Shown here: one piece after another, positions 8,433 through 18,604 of the stretch
Position numbering within the stretch: the first letter of the stretch is position 1
Layout of the letters: each line of letters starts with the position of its first letter
Origin: a virus
Taxonomy: Duplodnaviria > Caudoviricetes
Reading direction: 5' to 3' (one strand)
IMG/VR virus record: IMGVR_UViG_3300042210_000067
Span: 1-37,848 of that record
DNA length: 37,848 nt
Program-made: the position numbers and the translations under genes
Notes under the pieces: model-generated
The model's input: the letters and a program-made list of their open reading frames with translations, nothing else
Database searches by the model: none
What the model was told of the DNA's origin: nothing

Positions 8433-11006
8433 ATGATTAAGTCTCACCTCACGGCTAGTGTTGTACTGGCGCTTTCATCCTCAGCACCCCAAGGTGTGAT
8501 TCATCTACTTTCTGACGCTGTAAAGGTGGATACCTCAAATAAACGCAGTGTCGTCACCATTACCCGAACCGGAAAATTTTGTGACCCACGATACGGTGAG
8601 TTTGAACTGACCCAGCAGATGTTCGATTCCATGATCAAAAACTTCAACGCTGGAGTTTATGGCCAAGAAATCAATATCGATATTGCACATAAGCCAGAAG
8701 ATGGCGCTGGGGCGGTGGTAAGACGTTTATTTACCGACCGTGGACGTTTACGAGCAGAGGTGGAGTGGTACGAACTCGGCATCAACAAAGTCACCAAAGA
8801 CGGTTTCAAATACTTGTCTGCCGAAATACATCCTAATTATGTCAGCAACGAAGCCGGAGAGAACGGCCAGTATCCAGAATTTGGTCCAACGCTCTTAGGG
8901 GCAGGTTTGGTCACCCGACCATGCATTAAGAACCTGGACAAAATCGAACTTAGTGAAGCCAGCCTTCACGAATGCCCTACCTATCTTTCCGAGTCTCTAG
9001 CTAATAAATTTTCTGAGGAACGTCAAACCATGTGGACCCAACTAATTGCGCTGTTTGAAAAGCAGCTGAAAGGTTTAAAGCTATCTGCTGAGCAACACAC
9101 AGCAATGGTTAAATTACTTACTGATTCACTAACTGGTATCAGTGATGAAGCACAAGCAAAGGTGTTAAGCGAACAAATTGAAGGCATTGCCAAGCAGTTG
9201 TCTGAATCGGGCAACTCATCTGTGCCGGTGATTAACCTAAATGGTGGTTCACTAAGCGAAGCTGATGTCGTGCGTATTCTTAGTGAACAAGCAGCTAAGT
9301 CGCTGCAAGCTCAAGCAGACGCAAAACAAAAGCTTGATGCAAAAGTCAAAATCTTTACGGAAGCGATCGATAAAGCCGAAGGCCTTAGCGACGAAGTGAA
9401 GAAAGAACTAAAAGAAACTCAAGACCTGATCACGGTTGAAATGTCTGATGAGCAAGTCACCAAACTGGCTGAAAACCAAATTGCTCATGGCAACCAAAAA
9501 ATGGTTTCTATCCAGCTAAGCGAAATGGGTTTTATGGGTTCACCATCTGGCTCAGTGGCTCAAACTCCAGATCAACAACGCGAAAGCTTGCAGCTACAAG
9601 AACAAATTCACGCCAACCTACGCAACACCAATACCTATGCGCTAGGTCAGTTGCACCTTACTGAAGAGAAGAATTTGCCAGCGTTCTGTCGTCAGGTACT
9701 TGCAGAGTTTGACCGCCAAAACCACCGCCGCATTCATGCTGAACGTCTGGTACTTGCGGGACAAGGTGGCGCTAACGTTATGTCTGATTCTGAATTGCCA
9801 GTATCAGTTCAGCGTGAAGTCATTCGTGAAGCTCTCTCTGATCTCAATGTTCTGCAGCTGGTGCAAACACTGACAGATTTCAGTGCGTCAGCAACCACTC
9901 AAATTCCATACGAAAGCCGTGATGTTTCCGCCATTATGGGTGATGGCATTGTGTTTGAGCACGGTACCATTCCAAAAGTGAAAAACTCACAGCGCATGGA
10001 TTTGGCTTACGTATTGCCAATGAAAGTCGCGTTTGAAGTCTCGAATGAGCTCATGCATTTTTCCAAGTCTTCAGCCATTAACTGGGATGCTTGGGGCCGT
10101 AACGTAGCAACAGCTAGCCGCATCATCAAAGAGATGGTTGCACGTCGCATCGTCAATGCAATGCAACGTGTCGCTGACTCGTACTTAGCTGCAGATGTTA
10201 ACGGTGAAGCAATCACTGCTCAGCTGCAAGATTCGTATGAATTCAAAACAGAACAGTTCCCAGTGGTCGCGCCGCATCAACAATACGATTTGCAAGGCAA
10301 CACTGTGGGTACAACTGAAAACCCACTGGTGCTCACCATTGATGCAACGCAAATCAAGCCATTTGATGGAACAGGCTCTCAGGCCGCAGGCACTTACTAC
10401 ATCGTTACCTCATACAACCTAGGCAAGTTCGTGTTGGTTGATGAATCAGGCGCGTTGAAGTCTGTAACTGCTGGCGCTGCGTCTATCAGCTATAGCTACG
10501 CAACCAACATCGTCAAAGTGGACAGTGATATTCCAGATGGCTTAACGCCAGAGAAGCACTACAACAAATTGTTGCAGGCGATTGGTCGTCGCAAAGCCAT
10601 CATGAAAGATGATCGCTTTATCACTCCTGACTTCCTATTGATGTCACACACCTTGAACGATACCTGTACCAACGCTGAACAGTTCGTCGCATCGATGAAA
10701 CGCAACGGAACAGACACCAATTCACAAGGTGATCTGGAAATGGTGAAAGCGCTACCTGCGTATTCAACTAACGCTCCAGCAACGCATCTGGGCGATGAAC
10801 GTATCATCATGGGCCAAAAAGGCGCGATGGCTTACTCAGTGGTGAAACCATTCACTCTGAGCGACATGCAAGAAGCGCGTGATGCTAATGGTCAGTTGAA
10901 AGGTGGTAAGGAAGCTTACGGTGAAGAGTACAACGCAATTCACTGTCCTAAACCAATTCGTAACCGCTTTACCAGCGTACTGTTCTTCTCAGCGACAGGT
11001 CGATAG
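8433..11006 (+). CDS. Fused prohead protease (Mu gpI-like), scaffold and major capsid protein
   Basis: N-terminal IDIAH, FKYLSAE and GAGLVTRP protease motifs; helical middle region; capsid-sized C-terminal part; AAGGA RBS before ATG 8433. Confidence 0.8.
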   Translation: MIKSHLTASVVLALSSSAPQGVIHLLSDAVKVDTSNKRSVVTITRTGKFCDPRYGEFELTQQMFDSMIKNFNAGVYGQEINIDIAHKPEDGAGAVVRRLFTDRGRLRAEVEWYELGINKVTKDGFKYLSAEIHPNYVSNEAGENGQYPEFGPTLLGAGLVTRPCIKNLDKIELSEASLHECPTYLSESLANKFSEERQTMWTQLIALFEKQLKGLKLSAEQHTAMVKLLTDSLTGISDEAQAKVLSEQIEGIAKQLSESGNSSVPVINLNGGSLSEADVVRILSEQAAKSLQAQADAKQKLDAKVKIFTEAIDKAEGLSDEVKKELKETQDLITVEMSDEQVTKLAENQIAHGNQKMVSIQLSEMGFMGSPSGSVAQTPDQQRESLQLQEQIHANLRNTNTYALGQLHLTEEKNLPAFCRQVLAEFDRQNHRRIHAERLVLAGQGGANVMSDSELPVSVQREVIREALSDLNVLQLVQTLTDFSASATTQIPYESRDVSAIMGDGIVFEHGTIPKVKNSQRMDLAYVLPMKVAFEVSNELMHFSKSSAINWDAWGRNVATASRIIKEMVARRIVNAMQRVADSYLAADVNGEAITAQLQDSYEFKTEQFPVVAPHQQYDLQGNTVGTTENPLVLTIDATQIKPFDGTGSQAAGTYYIVTSYNLGKFVLVDESGALKSVTAGAASISYSYATNIVKVDSDIPDGLTPEKHYNKLLQAIGRRKAIMKDDRFITPDFLLMSHTLNDTCTNAEQFVASMKRNGTDTNSQGDLEMVKALPAYSTNAPATHLGDERIIMGQKGAMAYSVVKPFTLSDMQEARDANGQLKGGKEAYGEEYNAIHCPKPIRNRFTSVLFFSATGR

Positions 11007-11017
11007 AGCGAGCCATT

Positions 11018-11053
11018 GCCCCGTTACTGTAAATACAGTTTCGGGGCCTTTTT
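11018..11053 (+). terminator. Intrinsic terminator after the capsid gene
   Basis: GCCCCG..ACTGTA..TACAGT..CGGGGC followed by TTTTT. Confidence 0.7.
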
Positions 11054-11078
11054 GCTAACCAATTTAAGGTAATAAATC

Positions 11079-11663
11079 ATGCCAATCATGACTGCATACA
11101 CAAACAATTCTAAGCAAGCCGTTAATATCGGTGGCCGCACTGTTCATCCTGGTGAAACTCGTGAAGTAGATGCGCGCTTTGTTCCTGCCGCGGCTCAGGT
11201 TAATCGTGCGATCGTTATTCTCTATATCAACTTCAGCATTACGCCTAAGTACTTTGGGCAAACAGTCGTGCAGCCAAACACTGCAGCACGCTTACCAATT
11301 ATCCATTTTGAAAATCCAAACAAAGCGGATGCCGGTGCATTCCAGGATAAGATTTTCGAAGAACTCCTAACGAAGAAGATTGATGAAATTAAGCCTTTCT
11401 TTTCCGAGTTGACGGATGAAGAACTGGCGCGTTTATCAGAGCTTGAAACGGCTGACCAGAAACGTAAGGGACTACTCAGCGGTATTGATGAAGAGTTGGC
11501 CACACGAAAAGCTGAGCGAGACTTAACGCCTGAAGCTTTCGCCAAAACGCTAGAAGGTAAGGACGAAAGCGAGCTGCAAGTTGAACTGCTCGCAGCGGGT
11601 GACAATGAAATGAAACTCAAAGTTATCCAGGAAGCTTTGTCCAAACTTAAAGAGCAACAGTAA
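11079..11663 (+). CDS. Hypothetical head-associated protein
   Basis: 194 aa ORF with AAGG RBS immediately after the capsid gene. Confidence 0.6.
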   Translation: MPIMTAYTNNSKQAVNIGGRTVHPGETREVDARFVPAAAQVNRAIVILYINFSITPKYFGQTVVQPNTAARLPIIHFENPNKADAGAFQDKIFEELLTKKIDEIKPFFSELTDEELARLSELETADQKRKGLLSGIDEELATRKAERDLTPEAFAKTLEGKDESELQVELLAAGDNEMKLKVIQEALSKLKEQQ

Positions 11664-11676
11664 ATCCGCCAATCAT

Positions 11677-11702
11677 AGCCCGGACTAGCTTCGGGCTTTT
11701 TT
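11677..11702 (+). terminator. Intrinsic terminator
   Basis: AGCCCGGA-loop-TTCGGGCT followed by a T run. Confidence 0.7.
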
Positions 11703-11718
11703 CTTAAGGAGTCTCTAT

Positions 11719-12315
11719 ATGTGGGATACAGTCAAATCGCTAATTGCAGATGCAGCGCCTTTGGTTGGTAGCTTGATTGGTGGTCCAGTAGGTGGCGGTG
11801 TTGGTGCCTTGGTGGCGAATGCTCTAGGGGTGGAACATACTCCGGAAGCGATTGAATCTGAAATCCGCCGCAACCCTGACTCGTTACTCAAGATCACGCA
11901 AATGGAAAGTGAAGAGCGTATTCGATTACGTGAATTAACTTACCAGCAAGCTGAACTCGAAAGTACTGAGCGCAAACTTGCTTTAACCGAGCAGCATAAA
12001 ACCATGCAAGCCGAATTGGCGAGCGACGACGCTTATGTTCGTCGTTGGCGCCCAACATTTGGCTATGCCGTTTGCTTAGCCTGGTCATCATTGTTCTTTG
12101 GTATTTGTCTGCTCATGATCATTCACCCTGAATACACAGAGCAAGCCTTTACTGGAGCTGCAAAACTCACGGGCTTATTCAGTGTGGCGTTAACCGTTCT
12201 CGGGTTGAACATTCACAAACGTTCGCAAGATAAACAAGTCTCCGCAGGTGTGGTGCCAGCAGGCGTGTTAGGGAGTATCGCCTCGACCATTCGCGGAGGT
12301 AGTAATGTCAAATAG
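11719..12315 (+). CDS. Holin (3TM / GTA-holin-like family)
   Basis: N-terminal APLVGSLIGGP, RWRPTFGY motif followed by TM helices and KRSQDK. Confidence 0.75.
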   Translation: MWDTVKSLIADAAPLVGSLIGGPVGGGVGALVANALGVEHTPEAIESEIRRNPDSLLKITQMESEERIRLRELTYQQAELESTERKLALTEQHKTMQAELASDDAYVRRWRPTFGYAVCLAWSSLFFGICLLMIIHPEYTEQAFTGAAKLTGLFSVALTVLGLNIHKRSQDKQVSAGVVPAGVLGSIASTIRGGSNVK

Positions 12316-12610
12316 CCCTGTGTCACAAGGCGAGTTCCACTCTTTCCGTGTTGAAATGCGTGATTACATGAAGCAGCAAACCAACCTAATGAGCCAGATG
12401 GTTGAACTACAAACCAAGCACTCAAATTTGGAAAACCAGTTTGGGCGCTTAGATCGCGATTTCGATAAATTGGAAGAACGAGTAAGACCTTTAGAGCAAG
12501 GACAGAGTGGCACCAATGAAAAGACCAAGTACAACCGTGATCTTATCTGGATACTGCTAGGCATTCTCGGCAGCGTCTGTACTTTCATGTTTAAAAATCA
12601 GGTGGGTTAA
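12305..12610 (+). CDS. Coiled-coil protein with C-terminal TM helix (lysis-region accessory)
   Basis: Heptad-rich region plus a C-terminal hydrophobic helix; overlaps the holin. Confidence 0.55.
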   Translation: MSNSPVSQGEFHSFRVEMRDYMKQQTNLMSQMVELQTKHSNLENQFGRLDRDFDKLEERVRPLEQGQSGTNEKTKYNRDLIWILLGILGSVCTFMFKNQVG

Positions 12611-12612
12611 CC

Positions 12613-13218
12613 ATGCAATTAGCTACGTTAATAGACCGTCTAAAGAAAGCCATGATGGATAGCGCTGAACTTATTGAAGGCACGGAACAACAAATAGTTG
12701 AAACTGCCTTGTCTGATTTCAGCCGCTATCGACCGCATACTAAGGTGGCGACCTTTTCTCTCATGACAAACCAAATGCTCTATTTGGCACCGAGTGACAT
12801 GATTCGAGTTCGAACTGTGTTGTATGGCCAAAGCCAAAGGGCGAAGCAACCTTGGGAACAGGGGTACCCCCGTAACTTACCGCGCTTGTCTGTGATTGAA
12901 AGTGATGAAAACCAGAAGTGGGTGCAACTTTCTCATTACCCGTCTGAATCGGTAGTGATGAGCTGTGGTCGCGACTTCTCATACACCTACTACGGCAGCC
13001 GTAAAATTGTTAACGATGCCATTTCTGTAGATGTTCAAGATGAGTCTCTGCTGCTTCTTCGCTGCATTGCTGAAGCGGTGAAATACATTGCGGTTCATCA
13101 GCTTAATAAAACTGTCTCGGTGCGTAATAGTGTGGGTGGTGAAGCTAAGAACGGAACGCCAGCGGCTATTCATGAGCAGCTGATGACACAGTTTGAACGG
13201 CAGGTGAAAGATGCGTGA
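12613..13218 (+). CDS. Putative head-tail adaptor
   Basis: Position and size only. Confidence 0.5.
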   Translation: MQLATLIDRLKKAMMDSAELIEGTEQQIVETALSDFSRYRPHTKVATFSLMTNQMLYLAPSDMIRVRTVLYGQSQRAKQPWEQGYPRNLPRLSVIESDENQKWVQLSHYPSESVVMSCGRDFSYTYYGSRKIVNDAISVDVQDESLLLLRCIAEAVKYIAVHQLNKTVSVRNSVGGEAKNGTPAAIHEQLMTQFERQVKDA

Positions 13219-13708
13219 GTTAAGTGTTGAGCTACATACGTCAGTGCTTGATGAGGCGTTCAGGTCTGCTCCAGATATTCTAAATAGACATTTGAAAGCC
13301 GGCATTAGTCATGCAGGCTCAATTGTTTCTCGAGCAGCCAAAGAAGAAGCACCAAAAGCTGAAAGCACATTAACTCATTCAATACGCTCCAACGTCGTTG
13401 GCGAACTGCAACGTATGATTACCAGCTCACTGCGCTACAACGCTTTTGTTGCACAGGGAACCGACGCCCAAGGAATGCCACCTGTTCAATCAGTTCTTGA
13501 TTGGGTTCGAGTCAAACGCATTCAGCCCAAACACCCAAAAGCCGATCAACGAGATTTGGCTTTTATAATTGCTCGCTCTATCGCCAAGAACGGCACCCAA
13601 GGCAATGACTTCTACGACCGTGCCGCAGAACAAACTCAAGACCAAGTTGCTGATATTCTCAAGCGCTCGGTAAATGACGGTTTGCGAGCTGCAGGTTTTC
13701 AACTCTAG
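13211..13708 (+). CDS. HK97 gp10-like neck / tail-completion protein
   Basis: APKAESTLTHSI, YNAFVAQGT, IARSIAKNGT motifs. Confidence 0.65.
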   Translation: MRELSVELHTSVLDEAFRSAPDILNRHLKAGISHAGSIVSRAAKEEAPKAESTLTHSIRSNVVGELQRMITSSLRYNAFVAQGTDAQGMPPVQSVLDWVRVKRIQPKHPKADQRDLAFIIARSIAKNGTQGNDFYDRAAEQTQDQVADILKRSVNDGLRAAGFQL

Positions 13709-13717
13709 GAGAGCAAC

Positions 13718-14257
13718 ATGCCACAACCTATGCCCAATGAAATATTGGAAGGCATTAAAAGTGCTTTCGAAACTCGTTATCCAGCTCGCACTGTAACTCG
13801 CAACTGGCAGGATAGAGCCGCATATAAAAACGAAGAGTTAAAGCCTGGCATATTAACGCTGGTTTATTCCGGCGAAAGTCCACTTGGGGATGTGTACAAC
13901 ACCAGAATGAACTTCATGGTGATTGGCCGTATTTACTGTGGAAAAGACGCAGCTGGTATCGATGTTGAAGATGCAGAACTCAATTTCTTAAAAGAGTGGC
14001 GATTGTTTTGTTCCTCGTCGGCCGCAGGCAATATTTCTATCCAGAAAGTGATGACATCGCAGCAACAAGAAAAACCGGATGGTTGGTTTATCTGTGAATG
14101 CGTGGCTGGCCCGTATGACTTTGGCGGTGAGATTGATTGGTTGCCAGAAGGGCCAGAAGAAGTACCGGCTGAAATTCATGTTGGGCTTTCGCCAGATATT
14201 GGCAATGAAGAGAACTATTTTACATTGTCAGATTTGGAGCCAGAAGAGAATGCATGA
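13718..14257 (+). CDS. Putative tail terminator / completion protein
   Basis: Position before the baseplate spike; AGGAG RBS. Confidence 0.5.
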   Translation: MPQPMPNEILEGIKSAFETRYPARTVTRNWQDRAAYKNEELKPGILTLVYSGESPLGDVYNTRMNFMVIGRIYCGKDAAGIDVEDAELNFLKEWRLFCSSSAAGNISIQKVMTSQQQEKPDGWFICECVAGPYDFGGEIDWLPEGPEEVPAEIHVGLSPDIGNEENYFTLSDLEPEENA

Positions 14258-14885
14258 TTTTACTCAGTCTCAACTGGTGCGCTTAATTTCTCAGATGATC
14301 CAAATCGGTACCATCGTAGAAGTTCAGGCTAAACCACTCCGCTATAAAGTTCAGTTCACTTCTGACTTAACTACCAGTTGGATTCCATCAGATGTTGGTC
14401 ATGCCGGTGCGGTGAAAGATTTTGCGCCTCATCAAGAGGGGGAGCTCGTTCTGGTTGTGAAGGAATTCAATACTCAGGGCGGTGTGATTGTTGCCAGCCT
14501 GAACCAGAACTCAAAAGACCAACCGAAAGATGATCTCAATCTGTTCTATCGGGAGTTTCCCGACGGTACTTGGTTGCAGTATGACATGGGCAGTAAAGTT
14601 CTGTCTGGTTTGGTGGCAGGTAAAGTCAATCTCGATGCTGAAATCGAAATTCGATTAGCTTCTCCCAAGATAAAATTGATTGGTGACATCGAGCATGACG
14701 GTAAACAAACCTCTACTGGTGATATCTCGTCATCCGCTGGAAGTATTTCTGCAGCTATGAATGTTTCAGCTGGACAAAATATTTCAGACAGTGTCCGTTC
14801 AATGGCAGAAGACCGAGATATTTACAACAACCATGATCATCAACACGGTGACCCAGTCACGGGTAAAGCCAACCAAAAGCAGTAG
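14250..14885 (+). CDS. Baseplate central spike (P2 gpV-like)
   Basis: MIQIGTIVEV OB-fold start, FPDGTWLQYD, C-terminal HxH metal motif (YNNHDH); start set at ATG 14250. Confidence 0.88.
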   Translation: MHDFTQSQLVRLISQMIQIGTIVEVQAKPLRYKVQFTSDLTTSWIPSDVGHAGAVKDFAPHQEGELVLVVKEFNTQGGVIVASLNQNSKDQPKDDLNLFYREFPDGTWLQYDMGSKVLSGLVAGKVNLDAEIEIRLASPKIKLIGDIEHDGKQTSTGDISSSAGSISAAMNVSAGQNISDSVRSMAEDRDIYNNHDHQHGDPVTGKANQKQ

Positions 14886-14889
14886 GTGA

Positions 14890-15240
14890 ATGATGGCAAC
14901 AGGAATTAATGAAAATACCGGCTTACTGATAACCGATGCGGCAGAACGTAAGCAACGTTTGAATCGTTGTTTTAAAACTCGCAGAGGTTCTTTACCGCTT
15001 AACCGTGCCTATGGTTCAAACTTGCCGGACAGAGTGGATAGAAATATCACGCCCGATTTAGCTATCGATATTTATGCCGACGTAGCTGATGCTATCGCTC
15101 ACCCTCCAAACGGATTCACTGACGAGCTAAAACTAGTGAAAACATGGCTAGAGTACGGAGAAAATGAAGTGACGTTATCTGTGGAAGTAGAGCTACTTTT
15201 TGACGGCTCCATCGAAGAGATTTCGTGGTTAAGCTTGTGA
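14890..15240 (+). CDS. Baseplate wedge protein (P2 gpW / gp25-like)
   Basis: GINENTG, TRRGSLPLNRAYGS motifs. Confidence 0.85.
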   Translation: MMATGINENTGLLITDAAERKQRLNRCFKTRRGSLPLNRAYGSNLPDRVDRNITPDLAIDIYADVADAIAHPPNGFTDELKLVKTWLEYGENEVTLSVEVELLFDGSIEEISWLSL

Positions 15241-16106
15241 ATCAGATTGAAATATCACAACTACCGCCGCCCGAAATTGTGCAGCAGTTGGATGCGTCTA
15301 TTCCTCGTGACCGCATGTTGGCTCGTTTTGCTGAGCTTATGGATACCAATGTACCTAAAGCGGGGGATCCGCTTTATTTTGCGTTTTCGGCAATGGGGGA
15401 AGAAGTCACCCGAGCTCGCCAAGAGTTCCAGGATATTTCATTGGAAAACATGGTGGCCTACGCAACAGGCAACAACTTGCAACGCTTAGCGGATTGGCGC
15501 CCAGTAGAAAAATTCGATACAGAAACGGATGATGAGTTTCGCCGTCGAGTTCAAATGGCTCCAGAAAGCTTCTCAACAGCAGGACCTGATGGCGCTTATA
15601 TTTTCCATGCCTTAGCTGCAGATGAAGATGTTCAGGATGCATACCCTGATAGCCCAGACGGTTTCATCGTCGATTTATACATACTCAGCCGAACGGGTGA
15701 TGGCACAGCACCACAAGCTTTGCTTGATAAGGTAAACAGCTATGTTAGCAAGGACAACCTAAGACCGTTGAACGATAAGCTGACGGTTAAATCCGCAGTC
15801 ATTAAACCTTATGTGATTGAAGTTGAGCTTACGTTGCCGAATGGACCTGGTGAAAGTGAAACTATCACCCAAGCAACCAAACGCCTACAGAGTTTAGTCA
15901 CTGAGACACACGTTCTTGGTGGGCAAGTCTCTCTGTCTTTAATTAACGCTGCAGCTCACGTTCAAAGCGAAGGCTCAGATTCCAATGTGAGTTTTCAACC
16001 CGTCATTGATGTCAATATTCTTCAACCTGCAGCTTCAGTGCTGTGTGCTATGACAGAAGCACCTTACTGCACTGAGATCATCGTTACTCAGGCAGGTGCT
16101 GTGTAA
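15237..16106 (+). CDS. Baseplate protein J
   Basis: ISQLPPPEIV, ETDDEFRRRVQMAPESFSTAGPDGAY, RPLND motifs; GTG start overlaps the upstream stop. Confidence 0.92.
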   Translation: MNQIEISQLPPPEIVQQLDASIPRDRMLARFAELMDTNVPKAGDPLYFAFSAMGEEVTRARQEFQDISLENMVAYATGNNLQRLADWRPVEKFDTETDDEFRRRVQMAPESFSTAGPDGAYIFHALAADEDVQDAYPDSPDGFIVDLYILSRTGDGTAPQALLDKVNSYVSKDNLRPLNDKLTVKSAVIKPYVIEVELTLPNGPGESETITQATKRLQSLVTETHVLGGQVSLSLINAAAHVQSEGSDSNVSFQPVIDVNILQPAASVLCAMTEAPYCTEIIVTQAGAV

Positions 16107-16753
16107 TGGCATCGGTATTCGTTAGCAAACTGCCTCCATCTGCTTCAAAGATGGAACGAGTGATGGAGCAAGTATTCTGGGAAGAACTGGCTCTTATTGA
16201 ACGTGACATTCGCAACTTTTACGACCCGTATCAGTGCCGAGTAGATTTACTCCCGTATTTAGCCTGGGAAATGAGCGTTGACTATTGGGATGAGAATTGG
16301 AGCGAGCAAACCAAGCGCGATGTTATTGCTGCTTCTAACCCGATTCACACCTCCAAAGGGACTCGTTACGCTCTGGATAAAAGCATCGAATCTATTCGAG
16401 ATGATGGTTTGAGAGTCACAGAATGGTTCGATGACGAAGCGAACTTAGCTCCTGGTTTTTTCCGAGTTAACTTGGAGGCTCGTAATTCCGATATTGATGA
16501 GAACACGGTACCGCAAATCTATACGGCAGTGAATAACGCCAAAAATACACGCTCTCACTTAGAGAGTATTTCTATTACCAGTCAAATCCAGAATCCTATC
16601 AATATTGGTGTATTGAGCCGAATGGGCTTAGCGATTCGCTCTGGCCCATGGCGAACCGAAAACATTGTTAGCTCAGTTAATGTTGAGCATGTCAGTTTTG
16701 TTCGCCTTGGTATGATCATTCGATCTGGCGCATTACCCTTGGAGTTAGAATGA
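16106..16753 (+). CDS. Tail/baseplate protein I (P2 gpI-like)
   Basis: LLPYLAWEMSVDYWDENW, HTSKGT, EWF, KNTRSHL motifs. Confidence 0.92.
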   Translation: MASVFVSKLPPSASKMERVMEQVFWEELALIERDIRNFYDPYQCRVDLLPYLAWEMSVDYWDENWSEQTKRDVIAASNPIHTSKGTRYALDKSIESIRDDGLRVTEWFDDEANLAPGFFRVNLEARNSDIDENTVPQIYTAVNNAKNTRSHLESISITSQIQNPINIGVLSRMGLAIRSGPWRTENIVSSVNVEHVSFVRLGMIIRSGALPLELE

Positions 16754-17958
16754 GTATTCCAGAATCTGCGCTGAACTACGGTTCAATTCTCACCTTGCTA
16801 GGTGAGAATGCAGAAGTTAATGGGAAGCTGAATAATAAGTCGATCACCTTTACTCATATTGCTATTGGTGATGGTAACGACCAGTATGTTCAGCCTTCCC
16901 GAACTCAAACGACATTGGTCAATGAAATTACTCGCATCCCAGTTACGGGAATGGAGAAAATTGAACCATCAGAAGAGGGCGGTATCCCTCAGTTAAAAGT
17001 TTGGGCAAAAATTCCAGATAATATCGTTGATGTCGCTGTGCGGGAGTTTGCAGCGATTGCGGTTTATGATGGCAATTCTTACCTCCACGCTGTTGGCAAC
17101 TCGGTTCGTATTCCAATTCTGTCCGGTGTCAACAATGGCGGAGAAGTGAATGATATCTACATCGAGATGACGTTTGCCGTAACGTCGCTGGATCCTATCA
17201 TTCAGATTGACCCAACAATCGTGACAGCCACTCGTAAATATGTGGATGATAAGGATGGCGCCCACGTTGCCGCACCAAATCCACATCCACAGTATCCACT
17301 ATCTTCAAAAGCTCAAGGCTTAGAATACGACCCAGACCGTACTTACTACTGTGGTGACACCTGTTACACCCGAGTAGGAGATAGAACTTATCAGTGGGAA
17401 GCCTACAGTTTAGAGCCGTTCAGTGGTAAAGACCCAAACGACCCATTAAACCGCCGTGCTGGTTGGACAGATGTGACTAAACCGTTCTACTGGAAACCGC
17501 GCTCTTCCAAAGTTTCAGGTGAAACTATGGCGTGGGATAACGATGCAATTCCAGAAAACATGGTACTTGGTATTGGTCAGCAATTACCTGTAGCGGTGTA
17601 TCACTCACTGGCTACTGCAAAGCCTGAATGGATTGATGCAACTGACAACACGCTTATCAATATTCCAGACCGACGGGGGCGCTTTGTTCGTGCTGCCGAT
17701 GGTACAACATGGTTGGCAGGTGAAACACATGAAGATGCAATACGTAATCTCTATGGTTCATTAATTGATATATATTTTGGGCCATCAGTCGGTGCCACTG
17801 GAGTGTTTGAACGAGGATATATTGGGGGAATTAGCTCTGGGACGGAAGGTGGTTCATCTTCGGCTCAACAAGTGGCGTTTGATGCATCTAGAGTGGTCCC
17901 AACAGCGGCCGAAAACCAGCCAAAGGCATATATAGAATGGGTAGGATACGCACTATGA
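16750..17958 (+). CDS. Tail fibre protein
   Basis: P2 gpH-like N-terminus (AIGDGN, IDPTIVTATRKYVD, HVAAPNPHPQY); collar-like IPDRRGRFVR; FDASRVVPTAAENQP C-terminus. Confidence 0.9.
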   Translation: MSIPESALNYGSILTLLGENAEVNGKLNNKSITFTHIAIGDGNDQYVQPSRTQTTLVNEITRIPVTGMEKIEPSEEGGIPQLKVWAKIPDNIVDVAVREFAAIAVYDGNSYLHAVGNSVRIPILSGVNNGGEVNDIYIEMTFAVTSLDPIIQIDPTIVTATRKYVDDKDGAHVAAPNPHPQYPLSSKAQGLEYDPDRTYYCGDTCYTRVGDRTYQWEAYSLEPFSGKDPNDPLNRRAGWTDVTKPFYWKPRSSKVSGETMAWDNDAIPENMVLGIGQQLPVAVYHSLATAKPEWIDATDNTLINIPDRRGRFVRAADGTTWLAGETHEDAIRNLYGSLIDIYFGPSVGATGVFERGYIGGISSGTEGGSSSAQQVAFDASRVVPTAAENQPKAYIEWVGYAL

Positions 17959-18515
17959 TTAACTTTTATTACACCTATACCAAAGAGACTCTGGTTGTTA
18001 ATCAGAAAGGCATCTCTACAACACTTCGTCAGGCGCTTCCTGAATACCCTCGTGATGCATTACTGATTAAACCTCTACCAGAGAAAGAAGGTTTTGTGGT
18101 TCGTGTTTGTAACTTTGAAAACGGACGACCAACCGCTACCGAGTACGTCGCCGACCATCGTGGCAAAACCATCTACAACAAAGCCAAACCGCTTGAATCA
18201 AAACAAGTAAAAGACTTGGGTGAGATAGAAGAAAGTTGGACTCTCACCCAACCACCACACCAATACGTCAATTGGAACACTGAGTTAAACGACTGGCAAG
18301 TAGACGCTCAAGCCAAATACGAAGCTGAAGTTCAGCAAGTCACCAACACTCGCGAAAGTCTTTATGTGCAGATAGTTGATCGCCTGAACAACGAAGCCAA
18401 AATGATTCGCCGTGTGGAAGGTGATGAAACTAAAGCGGCTGAATATGAAGAACAAGCTGATGAGGCTTACTTGAAGATTCGTGCCGATAACCCTTGGCCT
18501 GAATTGCCCGTTTAG
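17955..18515 (+). CDS. Tail fibre assembly chaperone
   Basis: EYVADHRGKTIY motif and C-terminal PWP; ATGA overlap with the fibre gene. Confidence 0.8.
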   Translation: MINFYYTYTKETLVVNQKGISTTLRQALPEYPRDALLIKPLPEKEGFVVRVCNFENGRPTATEYVADHRGKTIYNKAKPLESKQVKDLGEIEESWTLTQPPHQYVNWNTELNDWQVDAQAKYEAEVQQVTNTRESLYVQIVDRLNNEAKMIRRVEGDETKAAEYEEQADEAYLKIRADNPWPELPV

Positions 18516-18604
18516 ATAACCCCCTCCTTTTCACGTCTTTAACCCATAAACTTAAGAAAACAGTGCCGCTGAAGGTGAGTTTCTAACAACAAAGGAACTA
18601 CACC

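Noticed and set aside
16750-18515. Invertible tail-fibre cassette or diversity-generating retroelement
   Set aside because: No second fibre tip, adjacent invertase, reverse transcriptase or template repeat seen
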